A stretch of 64,000 nucleotides of DNA from Pseudomonas phage PhiPA3: the sequence record HQ630627.1. The stretch is one strand, 5' to 3'. The notes beneath the pieces were generated by a model. It saw nothing but the letters and a program-made list of their open reading frames with translations, was not told the DNA's origin and did no database searches. How positions within the stretch are numbered: the stretch's first letter is position 1; the number at the start of each line of letters is the position of its first letter. Position numbers and translations under genes: made by a program. This document shows, piece after piece, positions 9,898 through 20,118 of this stretch.

Positions 9898-9925
9898 ACC
9901 CTCCCATTATGGGAGGGTTTTATGT
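9898..9925 (+). terminator. hairpin ACCCTCCC-ATTA-TGGGAGGGT + TTTATGTC; sits between convergent genes (bidirectional terminator candidate)
   Basis: inverted repeat directly after 9889 stop and 12 nt from stop of minus-strand 9937 gene. Confidence 0.55.
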
Positions 9926-9936
9926 CAATGATTATT

Positions 9937-10305
9937 TTAGTAACCCTCATTCAACAGATCGGATAATGCTCTAGCTTGAGAAATATCAGTGGAAGCAAAT
10001 ACGTCAGAAAGATAATAATCATGATCTTTTGCATTCTGACGTAATTCATTCATTAGTTGTTTATTGGATACAGCCCAAATTCTCCATAAGTCTTTATAGT
10101 CCTCATACTTAGGATTATACCCATCTAATGGAGGTTTACCTTTCCCTGCTTTCCAATTATTGGAATGTATTCTGTATCCTTTACAGTCTAATTGCCAAGC
10201 TTCCTCAATCGTTCGTCCATCCGGTAGCCGAGCAAACAGGGCAGAGAATCGTTTGTCGCCAACGGAGGAACATTCGTATCCTCCGCGACGCTTCCACCGA
10301 TACAT
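9937..10305 (-). CDS. hypothetical 122-aa protein, compositionally chimeric
   Basis: ATG overlaps stop of polymerase exon 2 (TAATG coupling); 5' half GC-normal, 3' half AT-rich. Confidence 0.5.
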   Translation of the reverse strand: MYRWKRRGGYECSSVGDKRFSALFARLPDGRTIEEAWQLDCKGYRIHSNNWKAGKGKPPLDGYNPKYEDYKDLWRIWAVSNKQLMNELRQNAKDHDYYLSDVFASTDISQARALSDLLNEGY

Positions 10306-10541
10306 TACTTTGGGGGTTGAGTTTCCTTGTGTTTTAGGTAAGCTGCCAGCATGTTATCCAGTTTGGCACCTTTCATGATCTTCTGTGCAATTTCGATACC
10401 GTTGACTCGACCCCCTGTCAGGTTCACACCCACTTCACGACGATCATGTTCAGAGATGTCTTTCATTGCCGAGAACTCCATGACGGTAGTCTCACGAGCA
10501 ATGTTCAGAATCTGACTCACGTTCGGATACGTACTTACAAT
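10305..10541 (-). CDS. family-B-like DNA polymerase, exon 2 (78 codons, carries second half of motif A: IVSTYPNVSQILNIARETT)
   Basis: open frame downstream of group I intron; STYPNVSQILNIARETT matches pol-B motif A region SLYPSIIRQVNISPET; ends after only 78 codons. Confidence 0.6.
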   Translation of the reverse strand: MVSTYPNVSQILNIARETTVMEFSAMKDISEHDRREVGVNLTGGRVNGIEIAQKIMKGAKLDNMLAAYLKHKETQPPK

Positions 10542-10885
10542 CCATACCTTCGATAGAGTTCGTTATGCTCTACCCGCGTTTACACGCTGCTCCAGGCTTT
10601 CCCTGGATGTGGAGACTATATCACCATCCTTCTCTTTCGAGGATCGGATGCTTCCTATTTCCACCCACTTGGATGTACTCCCTTACGGGATAGTCGTTGA
10701 ACGTTCTTCTCAGAGAGAAGCTTCGCTGCGGATTGCCCAATACATGTGTCTTTTACCATACCCAGTGAGTTAGACTGGCCATCTAGTATATCGCTATCTA
10801 GACTTGGTGCACATGTCTCTAAGGATTTCCCCGTCAATTAAAGAAGTTTGCATCAAGTGTTCCAACTTGATGGGACTAATATTTA
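10542..10885 (-). mobile_element. group I intron (ORF-less) in DNA polymerase gene
   Basis: minus-strand RNA has R-like GUUCAACGACUAUCC and S-like GAUAUAGUCUCC elements (P7 GACUAU/AUAGUC); exon ends in U, intron ends GGUAUGG (G); exon stop codon UAA is first intron triplet; splicing gives ADLD|IVSTYP. Confidence 0.7.
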
Positions 10886-12709
10886 ATCCAGATCAGCCAC
10901 GTGCGTAAACAAAAGTGTGTTGTAGTCGGGTAAGTCTTTGACACACTTCAGTCCGTTGGGTCCAGCCATGTACGAAGGCAGGGTAACGATCCAGGAATCG
11001 TGGCCAACAACATAGCTATCAAGATCATGAACCATCTGATCAGAGCTTGAACCAATTACACAGGGTTCAGGCCGCTTGAGATACCAGAAGTGCATGTCGT
11101 CGCACAGACGTTTCGGGTTAGAACTAAAGTTCTTGTAGTCCGAAGATTTCGAGAACAGAGTAATAGACGAAGCCAGGTCATTAATCTTTTCATCGAGTTG
11201 TTCCAGTCGAATGGAGTCGATGATGTTGTAAAGACCGTACCGGACTTTGTGGTTCTTCTGCATCTCAATGTGCCATTCGATACCTCCCAAGTAGTCAGTT
11301 TCAGCGAACTTCAGTTTACCAAAGTTCAGGCGCATCCCCACACCAAACCCAGGATGTACGTTGACACCCCAGACCAGCGAATCAACTTCTTCCCAGTGTT
11401 CTTCTCGTTCGACCTTTTCCTCACGGCGGTACTCGACTTGAACCCTCGGATCTTCCGGATCAATACCTTCTTGTAGCAGCTTCTCCTGAGCTGCGGTATA
11501 AACAGGGACATCGTTGTACGTGACGTCTACCTTATCCTTGCTCGGATCGTTGACCGACCAATATGGGTGGGCACCACTACGTTCAGCGATGGCTTTACCC
11601 ATCTTCTTCATCCAGCTGTTGAATTCCTCTTCAGTCTGAACAGTTTCCTGTTCATCCATGGAGAGTTCTTTCTTCAGGATGGCATCGAGGGCATAACTGG
11701 ATTCTTTACCTTTGGCCAATCGAGTTACACGATACGTGGCCATGGAGTCAATGCACTGGAACGACGCAGGTGCAGTAATCCAATGCCATTGGTCTTCTGG
11801 ACCTTTGGACTTGGTTACACCCGATGCCGTAGTGGTCATCGCTTGGTCTTGACGGTAATGGAAATACCGATAGTTCGGAGGAACTTGAGGATCACTGAAT
11901 ACGTTCTTCGGGTCAATGCCGTAGTTTTCCAGTGTGGTCAAGATTCGACTCATGTCGAAGTCGATATTCCAGAACGCGAAGAAGTCAGGCTTCCACTTGT
12001 GCAAACGACGCATGCAGTTGATGATGATATCAGCAGGCGAATTTACTACCTCAATTTCAATATTGAGATTACGTGCTTTTTTCAGAGTCACCAATTCTGG
12101 AATGCGTTCTAATTCGGCGAAGGTTTCGGCAACTGGGTCATCCAGATCTTTCACCCAATGCTTCAGATATGCCAGATACACGTTTTCCTTGTGTGTAACC
12201 GACATGCAGATAATCTGTCCCTCGTTCTCTTCTTCGTACACGTTGGTCTCGATGTCGCCACCGGCTACCGTGTTACGGGAAATAAGTTCCGGGTATTGCT
12301 CCCGGTAGTCGTTTTTGAGACAGCAGACTGAGCTTACGTCCGAACCGTACAGATAAGGGCTACGGCTCAATTGGCGCATACGTGGGTTAGGACCCATTGA
12401 GTAATCGCCTAACAACTTAGCGATCATACGTGGCATCTCCAGTTGAGTACAGGTGTACTTCTGGAGGTTACGTTCAAATTCGTAATCTTTCTTTTCTTTA
12501 TGATTTTGTCTTCCCTTCTGTGTAATCCAGAAGGGACGTTTGTAGTCTTCAACGACCCGAATACGTGGGATACGACGTTTGTCTTTAAGGTGAATGATTT
12601 CTTTGACTACGTGTGCATCATGCCTACGGCCAGTTTGGTCAGTCACATAAGTGATGTGTTTGGCTTCAATACCAACAACATCTTCTTTTGTAAATTGTAG
12701 GTCGGACAT
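10886..12709 (-). CDS. family-B-like DNA polymerase, exon 1 (3'-5' exonuclease domain to first half of motif A)
   Basis: Exo I GGDIETN, Exo II FAFWNIDFDMSRIL, Exo III YGLYNIIDSIRLEQLDEKI (like T4 YNIIDVESVQAIDKI); ends ...HVADLD. Confidence 0.65.
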
Positions 12710-12821
12710 CGAAAACAGCCCCTTTGTTTCGATTTAAAAACACGTATTATGGTGAAGCTAAGTATAAGCTCCCAATCCCAATCTTTATGATTACAATACC
12801 CACATGTCAAGGATGTTCTAG

Positions 12822-14066
12822 ATGAACATGAAACCCACTCTTTCCATGGAAATGCTTGCCATGGGAGCGAAGTCCAAGATCGGTGAGATCACTGAGGACT
12901 TCATTATTAAAGTCCGTGAGAAAGAACGCCTCGGTGTCCGTGTCGACGTCGATACGTTGAAGAAATACTGTGAGGACTTGAAGGCTGAAACTGGGATCAC
13001 TTATAGTTTCAAGCTTATCCTTTCGGATATCCCTGATGCAGGCGTGTACCACAAGGTTATCTTCATGGGTCACGCGGGTACTTGGTACTACACTGACCCC
13101 ATCAACAAAGTCACTGCTACTAGCAAGACTGCCATCGACATGGTCACTGAAATCGACCTGAAAAATGTCAAGGTTAAAGGTGGTGCCGCAGATGATTTGA
13201 TCTTCGAGTTCAACGTCTCCATGGGTATCTTGGGTGAGAAGCTAGGTTTCACTGTGCGTGAAGCTGCCGCTGTCATGATTCACGAAATTGGCCACACGTT
13301 TAACACGTTCATGTACATGGGTGACTACGTTTGGTTGAACTATTACCTGACTGATGGGATCGAGATCCTGCAAGGTAAGAAGGTCAACAAATACAAGTTA
13401 CAGATTCTGGATGAAACCTGGCTACTGGAAAATATTCCTGAAGCCATGCGTGAAGAATTCGTGAACGGTCGCAACGACGACGCCACTGTCCGTAAAGCTA
13501 TTCTATCTGCTTGGAAGAAAGCACCCCGTCACCATCTGACCAACAACCCCACCACGGCTATGCGTCGTGAAGAACAAATGGCTGATATGTTTGCCAGTCG
13601 TCTGGGTTATGGCCGTGATCTGGTTACAGGCCTGCACAAGATGGACAGGTTCTTCGGTGTTACTGGTACCAACTTCTGGCTGGGTCAGACCATCTCCCTG
13701 CTGTTTATGATTACATTTGCTCCACTCACTGCTTTGGCAATCTTGTACGCTGATTCTCCCGATGAGTACAACTTCGCTGCCCGTTACGACAACCCGCTCG
13801 AACGGTTTACCAAGATGCGCCGGGATATCATCGCACAAATGAAACGTGGCGCTTATCCGAAAGCGGAAGTTGAGCGTGATGTTAAAGCGATTGACGAATG
13901 TCTTAAAGACTATTCAAAGAACCGTAGTGTTTTCACAGCTCTGTTAGAATTCTTCCGTCCCCAATTGCGTCGTGAAGCTCAGTATACTCGACATGAGGAA
14001 AACTTAGAAGCTCTCGCGAACAATGATCTGTTCCTTCAAGCCTTCCGCCTCCAATCTAAGGTATAA
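12822..14066 (+). CDS. HExxH zinc-metallopeptidase-like protein
   Basis: VMIHEIGHTFN (HExxH) plus hydrophobic stretch; track start used. Confidence 0.45.
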   Translation: MNMKPTLSMEMLAMGAKSKIGEITEDFIIKVREKERLGVRVDVDTLKKYCEDLKAETGITYSFKLILSDIPDAGVYHKVIFMGHAGTWYYTDPINKVTATSKTAIDMVTEIDLKNVKVKGGAADDLIFEFNVSMGILGEKLGFTVREAAAVMIHEIGHTFNTFMYMGDYVWLNYYLTDGIEILQGKKVNKYKLQILDETWLLENIPEAMREEFVNGRNDDATVRKAILSAWKKAPRHHLTNNPTTAMRREEQMADMFASRLGYGRDLVTGLHKMDRFFGVTGTNFWLGQTISLLFMITFAPLTALAILYADSPDEYNFAARYDNPLERFTKMRRDIIAQMKRGAYPKAEVERDVKAIDECLKDYSKNRSVFTALLEFFRPQLRREAQYTRHEENLEALANNDLFLQAFRLQSKV

Positions 14067-14070
14067 TACC

Positions 14071-14514
14071 ATGCGTCTTGGTTACGAAATCTCCCGACAT
14101 ATCAAAGAACTGAAGTCCCCGACCAACAACGAACGTCAATTGCGCGCTATGATGCTGGCTAATGCCATTGCATTTTACGTGCCGTTTGATCCAAGTCTGT
14201 CTGTAGAACAATTGATCGATACTCACCTACCGACTCTTCGTAAGGTGGTAGGTCAAGTTAACGAAAATATTACCGTGGATTCCAAGCTTGCTCAAGAACT
14301 CTTCAAGCAAGCCATCCGTATCCGCTTCGCTCTGCTTCACGGCGCCGCAGATCCAGCTGTCATCCTAATGGCCATGAAATCCGAAACTGCTGACAGTTTC
14401 CAGACTCCCGATGAAACAGCTGCTGCTGCACTACTGACTTCACGCCTGGACTTTGTTCGCGCACAAAATGGAATCGCTGAAGCTCTGCGTAATCTGGAGA
14501 CTGACGCTCAGTAA
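14071..14514 (+). CDS. hypothetical protein
   Basis: track ORF 14023..14514 trimmed to ATG 14071 (MRLGYEISRH), 4 nt after upstream stop. Confidence 0.5.
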   Translation: MRLGYEISRHIKELKSPTNNERQLRAMMLANAIAFYVPFDPSLSVEQLIDTHLPTLRKVVGQVNENITVDSKLAQELFKQAIRIRFALLHGAADPAVILMAMKSETADSFQTPDETAAAALLTSRLDFVRAQNGIAEALRNLETDAQ

Positions 14515-14529
14515 TACGAGGATGGTTGT

Positions 14530-14841
14530 ATGACCAACCAAACCGAACGGATAGAATTGATCTATCCGCGTATCACAAAGTCTTACGCTAGATCTTTAAT
14601 CATCGAAGAGAAAATTATCTCCGATGAGGATATGTTAGTTACAGTTTGCATCGTTAAACTCAAGAATGGACATCGGATTGTAACCGATGCCATTGTGGCT
14701 AATAAAGCAGCGTTTGATTCGAAGCGTGGTGTGATTGTAGCTAGACGCAAAGCGATCGAGGAGATTATTCGTCTTGAACTATATTTACTACGCCAGAAAA
14801 AATATGAGCGTTCATTAGAAGGTGATACTGATGCAAACTGA
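14530..14841 (+). CDS. hypothetical protein
   Basis: RBS GAGGATGG; 103 codons; stop overlaps next start. Confidence 0.5.
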   Translation: MTNQTERIELIYPRITKSYARSLIIEEKIISDEDMLVTVCIVKLKNGHRIVTDAIVANKAAFDSKRGVIVARRKAIEEIIRLELYLLRQKKYERSLEGDTDAN

Positions 14842-16072
14842 AGAAGAAATCCTTGAGTCTAAGTCGCATGTATTGGACGAAGCTTTGGATGAAGCGGTAA
14901 TCCCGCCGCAAGATATTAAAGTTGACGAAGAAGTGGCACGTCAACTACAAGTCGCCACAGAGCAGATTGGTGTTCTGACCGATCTGTATCACACCATCAA
15001 TGAAGAGGGTGTTTCTCAAGCTGACATCGATGCTCTTAAAGGTGTACGATCTAGTCTTGAGCAACATAATCTTCCATTACCGGCCATTGGTTTGGAAAAC
15101 TACGATGGTTTGTTTACGCCGATGCGGACTTCGGTTAACCTGAAAGTTTCTAACGAATCTATCCTGAAATCCATCACGGATACAATCAAGGAATGGTTCT
15201 ACAAACTGATTGATTGGGTAGCAAAAGTTCTGCAATGGTTCAAAGCACGGAAGTATTCCGATACGCAGATCATGCAGAAGGTCGATAAAGCACAATCCAA
15301 GCTTGATCTGGCCCGTGGATTGTTTGTGGGGATTGTTGCAGCCAACACACTCTCTACCCGTGATCTCCAACCGCAGTACGATGCACTGGCAGGAGAACTG
15401 CTGACTAATGTGCAACTACCGAAGAACGCCATGACATTGGTAGCTTTCGGTAATGGTGAGTACTCCATGGAACTTCGTCGGAAACTGGACAAAGCACAGG
15501 ATCTGTCAAAGAACCTGCTAACCGAGGTCAGTGAACTGCGAGATTTCGTACTGGGGAAATCGCAAGATCTAAACTTCTCCACAGGAACGGGTGATCAACT
15601 GGTTGCTCTGGCTAAAGACATCGCGGACTTTAATACAGAATCAGATGACCCAAACTTCTTCCTCAAGGACAAGGATCTGGGTAACCGTTTCTATGAAAAC
15701 ATCCGGATGATCAAACAACGGCGCACATTCTCTATTGAATTCATCTATAGTACTTACGCTAAAGTTGCTGATGAACTACGTAAAGTGCGTCGCTTTGAAC
15801 TGAAAGATAGTCAGATTCCAGCAGAATATTTCCAAGCCGCTTTCGAGAGTATTCATAAAGCTCTCATTGCGCTGCGTGAAATCATTGATGCATACTACAG
15901 GCTTTCTATTACACAATGGAAAGCCACAGCAACATTCATCAACTTCTATCTGCGAGCTTACGAAATCACTCGTAAAGACCGGATGGATAACCTGGTAGAT
16001 GATGTTGCCCGTGTAACGATCGAGAAACTGAACAAAGGTGTTGATGAACTCAAAGCCTCGCTCGGTATCTGA
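14831..16072 (+). CDS. hypothetical protein
   Basis: ATG 14831 (MQTEEEIL) overlaps upstream TGA; 413 aa. Confidence 0.55.
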   Translation: MQTEEEILESKSHVLDEALDEAVIPPQDIKVDEEVARQLQVATEQIGVLTDLYHTINEEGVSQADIDALKGVRSSLEQHNLPLPAIGLENYDGLFTPMRTSVNLKVSNESILKSITDTIKEWFYKLIDWVAKVLQWFKARKYSDTQIMQKVDKAQSKLDLARGLFVGIVAANTLSTRDLQPQYDALAGELLTNVQLPKNAMTLVAFGNGEYSMELRRKLDKAQDLSKNLLTEVSELRDFVLGKSQDLNFSTGTGDQLVALAKDIADFNTESDDPNFFLKDKDLGNRFYENIRMIKQRRTFSIEFIYSTYAKVADELRKVRRFELKDSQIPAEYFQAAFESIHKALIALREIIDAYYRLSITQWKATATFINFYLRAYEITRKDRMDNLVDDVARVTIEKLNKGVDELKASLGI

Positions 16073-16081
16073 CGACATATT

Positions 16082-16112
16082 GCCCGCCCCGAAAGGAGCG
16101 GGCTTTATGCTG
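16082..16112 (+). terminator. hairpin GCCCGCCCC-GAAA-GGAGCGGGC + TTTATGCTG between convergent genes
   Basis: hairpin+TTATGC motif; no plus-strand gene downstream (next gene is minus strand). Confidence 0.55.
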
Positions 16113-19022
16113 TTAACTCAATACCTCATGCTTGAGGAAGTTGAATTGGATGTCATCTTCCACAGTGAGTTCTTGGTTGGGGAGTACCACTAGTTTCTTA
16201 CGGATAGCTAGACGAACTGCATCATCTTCCACTGTAAGAATGCTGTAGTTAGCCGAACCACCAAGACCACTGAACTCGATTGCCATGACTTGATCCCCAG
16301 AGGTTTCTTCAAGCTTAGCCACAATATCCGATACCGATACAGTTTTGCGAACGATTAGGTCGTTAGTAATGATCTTACCGTTGCTGATATAGCTCGGACG
16401 AATTGCAGAGTTCTTGTACTCGGACGGTGTCAGGTACATAGTGATCGCAAAGGCTTGGTCCACTGGAATGGTTGCCTTTTGACCCTCACGTACTGTAACA
16501 ACCGTATCACCGTAAGTCGTAGTCGGATACAAGAACAACTCACACTTCTCCAGCAATTGCCGGTTCAGTAGATCAATGTCTGTTTGCAACCAACCCACGA
16601 ATTCCATAGGGATCTGAGAACGATAGTTGGAGGCAGCTTGTTCCGTTGCAAAGTAGAACAGCCCATCCACCATTAGCAGTGTGATTTCTCGCAACAGTTT
16701 ACGAGGTGCAACCAGAATGGGGTTACCGTCTTTATCAAGCTTGACATCCCCTTTCTGATGCTTCTTCACTTGGTTTCCTTGGGCATCCAGAACCGGGTCA
16801 CCTTTCTTGTGAAGAATCTCGTAATCATAACCACCACCCGGCAAAGGCGTGATGATAACGTTACCATTACTGTCAGTAGCGTACTCGTTTTCTTCGTAGA
16901 ACGCCATGACATCGTATTCCCAATGCTGATAAGACTCATCTCCCAACACCGTACGACTACGACGCCAGATGCTGGTCATGTCGTAACCCAGTACGGTTTG
17001 CAGTCGTTCACGAGTTACCACCATATACTGCTGAGGCAGCAGATGACTTTGTACTAGGTCATCGAGTTCATTTGGTTGATAACCGGGAGTGATGGTATTC
17101 ACCACTAGGATGGAAACATCGAGGTTGCAATTCAAGGGCGTATAGAACCGATTCTGCGTTACGTCGAACATGGAGAGGTTGGTCGTATGCAGATGATGTA
17201 GTGAATCAATATCGTAGTTCGTATTGATGTCGAAGTAATACACCCTTTCGTTATCTTCCTTACCCATGTAGATGCCATTGACCGAAGCCCAGCGTGATTC
17301 ATTTGGCGGTTGATAACCGATCTGCAAAACGACTTGATCATCGTTTAGCTGCTTGAACTGATCACCAGTTTCCAGTTTGACAGTAATGCGATAACCTGCA
17401 TCAGTGCGAACAATATTGAACGAGTCAATCGTTGCTTGTAGGTTAGCTGTATCGTTCTCACCCACGAAGACCTTTTGTGTGATCGTCGGGTTATCCAAGT
17501 AGTAAGGACGCATCTCAAAGTTATTCGAGCTAGCATCCAGTACGTTGTGGAACGGTGAGTACATATACCGCCCAGCATTAACTTCCCGTGCAATGGTTTC
17601 AGCATTGCTGTTAACCAAACGGTCAATCTCAGCATCAGCTACCGTGGTAACCATCCCATTATAGAACCGGAACAGCATCGACGGTTTGATCGTAATACGG
17701 CTGTCATTATCAGCAACGTGTTCGGAACCCGCCAGTGAATCCATATCCAGTTTTAACTGAGACATGGCAACGCCTGCGCCTGAGACGATATCCAAACCAG
17801 CCGGTACACCCAGTCGACGAGAAGCCAAAAATTGTCGATTGGTAATGTTATCGATGTTTGATACCAGATCGTAACCACGACGAGTCAGTGTGGATTCCAG
17901 CTGCACGTTCGTAATAGGGATTTGGTTGTCGCCAAGTGTATTATTGATGACTTGATCACGCAGAGTAATAAAGTCAATCGACGCTGCACCACCATCTACC
18001 TTCTGTCGACTCATCGACTGAATCAAACCGAACGTATTCAATGGAGCAACGTACGTGGGGTCGTCGTCAATTGAATTGAACGTGTGCTTAAACTGATCAA
18101 TTTTGTACGCGGCCAGATCTCGCTCCAATCGACCCTTGGTTGTGTAGATATCCACACGAATGTCGCCAGTGGCCATCGCCATGTTGGTATAGACCGTTGG
18201 AATACTCACAGAGAGTTTTCCTGGCAGAACTTTGAATACTACAGTCAGGTTCAGTGGGTCATACACCAGATCGCTGTGAGTTGTCCGTACCTCTTCCCAA
18301 ACATCATCTTGGTTACGACTGATGTAAGCCCGCGCGTAATAGAAATTATCGGTGTAGGTGTACGAGGTTTGGAACAGCGAACTGGGGTTGAGCGTATCCG
18401 TGAAAGTTGTGACTTTGAAGTTCTGTACCGGAATATACAACGACATGACTTTACGTCCGTCGATGATCACCATTTCCCAATCAACCACGTTGGTACTCAG
18501 CGTAGCCACTGGTGAGATCGAGTCCTGTACATATTCAGCTGCGACACCACCGTGTCGCATTACCCGCAGTTCGATCGGGTACTGCATGGTAAAGGTAAGG
18601 TCAGCTACTGTGAACTCAGTTAAACGAGGAATAACCAGTTTCTTCAGGCCCTGGTCTCCATACGGGATAGCCTTAGCTAGAACTTCATCGTAAGCCAACA
18701 GTAGTTGCCAAGTAGTCGATGATGGTTCTGAGAATCGACCCAGGTAATCGTCATCCGACATGTGTCGATAGAGTTCGTCATTGGTGATGGCTAACCGGGG
18801 ATAGAGCTGACGCATCAACCCTTCCGTTTCGTTGATCGCCATACAGGTCTCTTGTACACTGCATTCAGCTGCGTATACAAATGGCATAGTTGCATCAGGG
18901 ATATCAAACGCCGCAGTCCCATTTGGATTCAATTGTGAATCCATCTCCTGAAGGACCAGTTGCTGCATCAATGCTGGATTACGACGTACATTGTACAGCC
19001 GTTCTCTGAAAGAAGAAGTCAC
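16113..19022 (-). CDS. large virion structural protein (969 aa), function unknown
   Basis: long ORF with late-gene codon usage inside structural block. Confidence 0.5.
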   Translation of the reverse strand: MTSSFRERLYNVRRNPALMQQLVLQEMDSQLNPNGTAAFDIPDATMPFVYAAECSVQETCMAINETEGLMRQLYPRLAITNDELYRHMSDDDYLGRFSEPSSTTWQLLLAYDEVLAKAIPYGDQGLKKLVIPRLTEFTVADLTFTMQYPIELRVMRHGGVAAEYVQDSISPVATLSTNVVDWEMVIIDGRKVMSLYIPVQNFKVTTFTDTLNPSSLFQTSYTYTDNFYYARAYISRNQDDVWEEVRTTHSDLVYDPLNLTVVFKVLPGKLSVSIPTVYTNMAMATGDIRVDIYTTKGRLERDLAAYKIDQFKHTFNSIDDDPTYVAPLNTFGLIQSMSRQKVDGGAASIDFITLRDQVINNTLGDNQIPITNVQLESTLTRRGYDLVSNIDNITNRQFLASRRLGVPAGLDIVSGAGVAMSQLKLDMDSLAGSEHVADNDSRITIKPSMLFRFYNGMVTTVADAEIDRLVNSNAETIAREVNAGRYMYSPFHNVLDASSNNFEMRPYYLDNPTITQKVFVGENDTANLQATIDSFNIVRTDAGYRITVKLETGDQFKQLNDDQVVLQIGYQPPNESRWASVNGIYMGKEDNERVYYFDINTNYDIDSLHHLHTTNLSMFDVTQNRFYTPLNCNLDVSILVVNTITPGYQPNELDDLVQSHLLPQQYMVVTRERLQTVLGYDMTSIWRRSRTVLGDESYQHWEYDVMAFYEENEYATDSNGNVIITPLPGGGYDYEILHKKGDPVLDAQGNQVKKHQKGDVKLDKDGNPILVAPRKLLREITLLMVDGLFYFATEQAASNYRSQIPMEFVGWLQTDIDLLNRQLLEKCELFLYPTTTYGDTVVTVREGQKATIPVDQAFAITMYLTPSEYKNSAIRPSYISNGKIITNDLIVRKTVSVSDIVAKLEETSGDQVMAIEFSGLGGSANYSILTVEDDAVRLAIRKKLVVLPNQELTVEDDIQFNFLKHEVLS

Positions 19023-19036
19023 AGGTGTTACCTCAA

Positions 19037-20077
19037 TTAAGATTTGTACGGTCTGGTCAGGTTACCACCAACACGCGCGTTATAGACCTCGACTGGCACA
19101 TGCCATTCTAGTTCCATATTGGCAGCATTGATGTAGGGATAAGCTTGGAAGTTGAACCACTGCTTTTCATGGGCTTGCAATTTAACTGTCAGGCGACCAC
19201 GTTTCCCATCTCGCATCAGACCATTGAAAGTTTCAACTAGGTCATTAAACTCATAGATCAAGATGTGATCGTAAATTGTCATACCCATACAACGGAAGCT
19301 GAAGTTCAGCTGATCATTGGCAACCTGGAACGGTGTCTCAGAACCGTCACCGGTGTAGTTCATGATCTGTCCAGTTGGAGAGTTCATAGGCAGTGCAGCA
19401 CCACATGCAGCAATGCGGGTTACGAAAGTTTTCGTTTGGTCCATAACCAGACGATAGATTCGTGTATTGGCATCGTATTCATTCCGCATCAGCAGGTCAG
19501 GATAGGGTAAAATACGACCTTCTCGATTAAGGCCCATATAGACAAGCCAAATGTAGAACATCCATGATATAGGATCGCCAGAAATATTGCGGAATGTCGC
19601 TTGTAGGTCGAAAGTGTTGTACTGGTATGGTACATCATCGACATACGACATTGCATCGCGGTAAACACCAGCGGTCGTCGTCGCAAGGTTTATAGTGAAG
19701 TCTTCCCAACCCGTTAAACTAATTAGGTTGTTAGACAGCAGTGGGATGAATGGATTCAACGGATCTACCCCACCACACCAAGCATCGCCACCGTTCTTAT
19801 GTGCCCTCGGGTCTAAGTATGCCCTGACCATTCGTTCGATACTGAGCGCATTGGGGTTTAGTATCTGAGACAATCGACGGTCTACCATGCAGTTCTGATC
19901 AGATAAATTCAACAATGGTCTGGTAAAGAACGTATAGCCATGGTTCTCGGTGTTTAGTGCGATCGCGTTATTGCGTCCAGTGATGTTTAGACCCTTGAAA
20001 GAGTCATCAACTGACTGGTCGCGCGGCGACATCCCAATGTTCTGGGAAATTTGCTTTAAATAATCTGTTAGTGCCAT
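19037..20077 (-). CDS. hypothetical virion protein
   Basis: 346-codon ORF co-oriented and 15 nt downstream of 969-aa gene. Confidence 0.5.
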   Translation of the reverse strand: MALTDYLKQISQNIGMSPRDQSVDDSFKGLNITGRNNAIALNTENHGYTFFTRPLLNLSDQNCMVDRRLSQILNPNALSIERMVRAYLDPRAHKNGGDAWCGGVDPLNPFIPLLSNNLISLTGWEDFTINLATTTAGVYRDAMSYVDDVPYQYNTFDLQATFRNISGDPISWMFYIWLVYMGLNREGRILPYPDLLMRNEYDANTRIYRLVMDQTKTFVTRIAACGAALPMNSPTGQIMNYTGDGSETPFQVANDQLNFSFRCMGMTIYDHILIYEFNDLVETFNGLMRDGKRGRLTVKLQAHEKQWFNFQAYPYINAANMELEWHVPVEVYNARVGGNLTRPYKS

Positions 20078-20118
20078 TTTTTTAAAACTCTCTGCGGATC
20101 AACAAAGGAAGAGAACAA

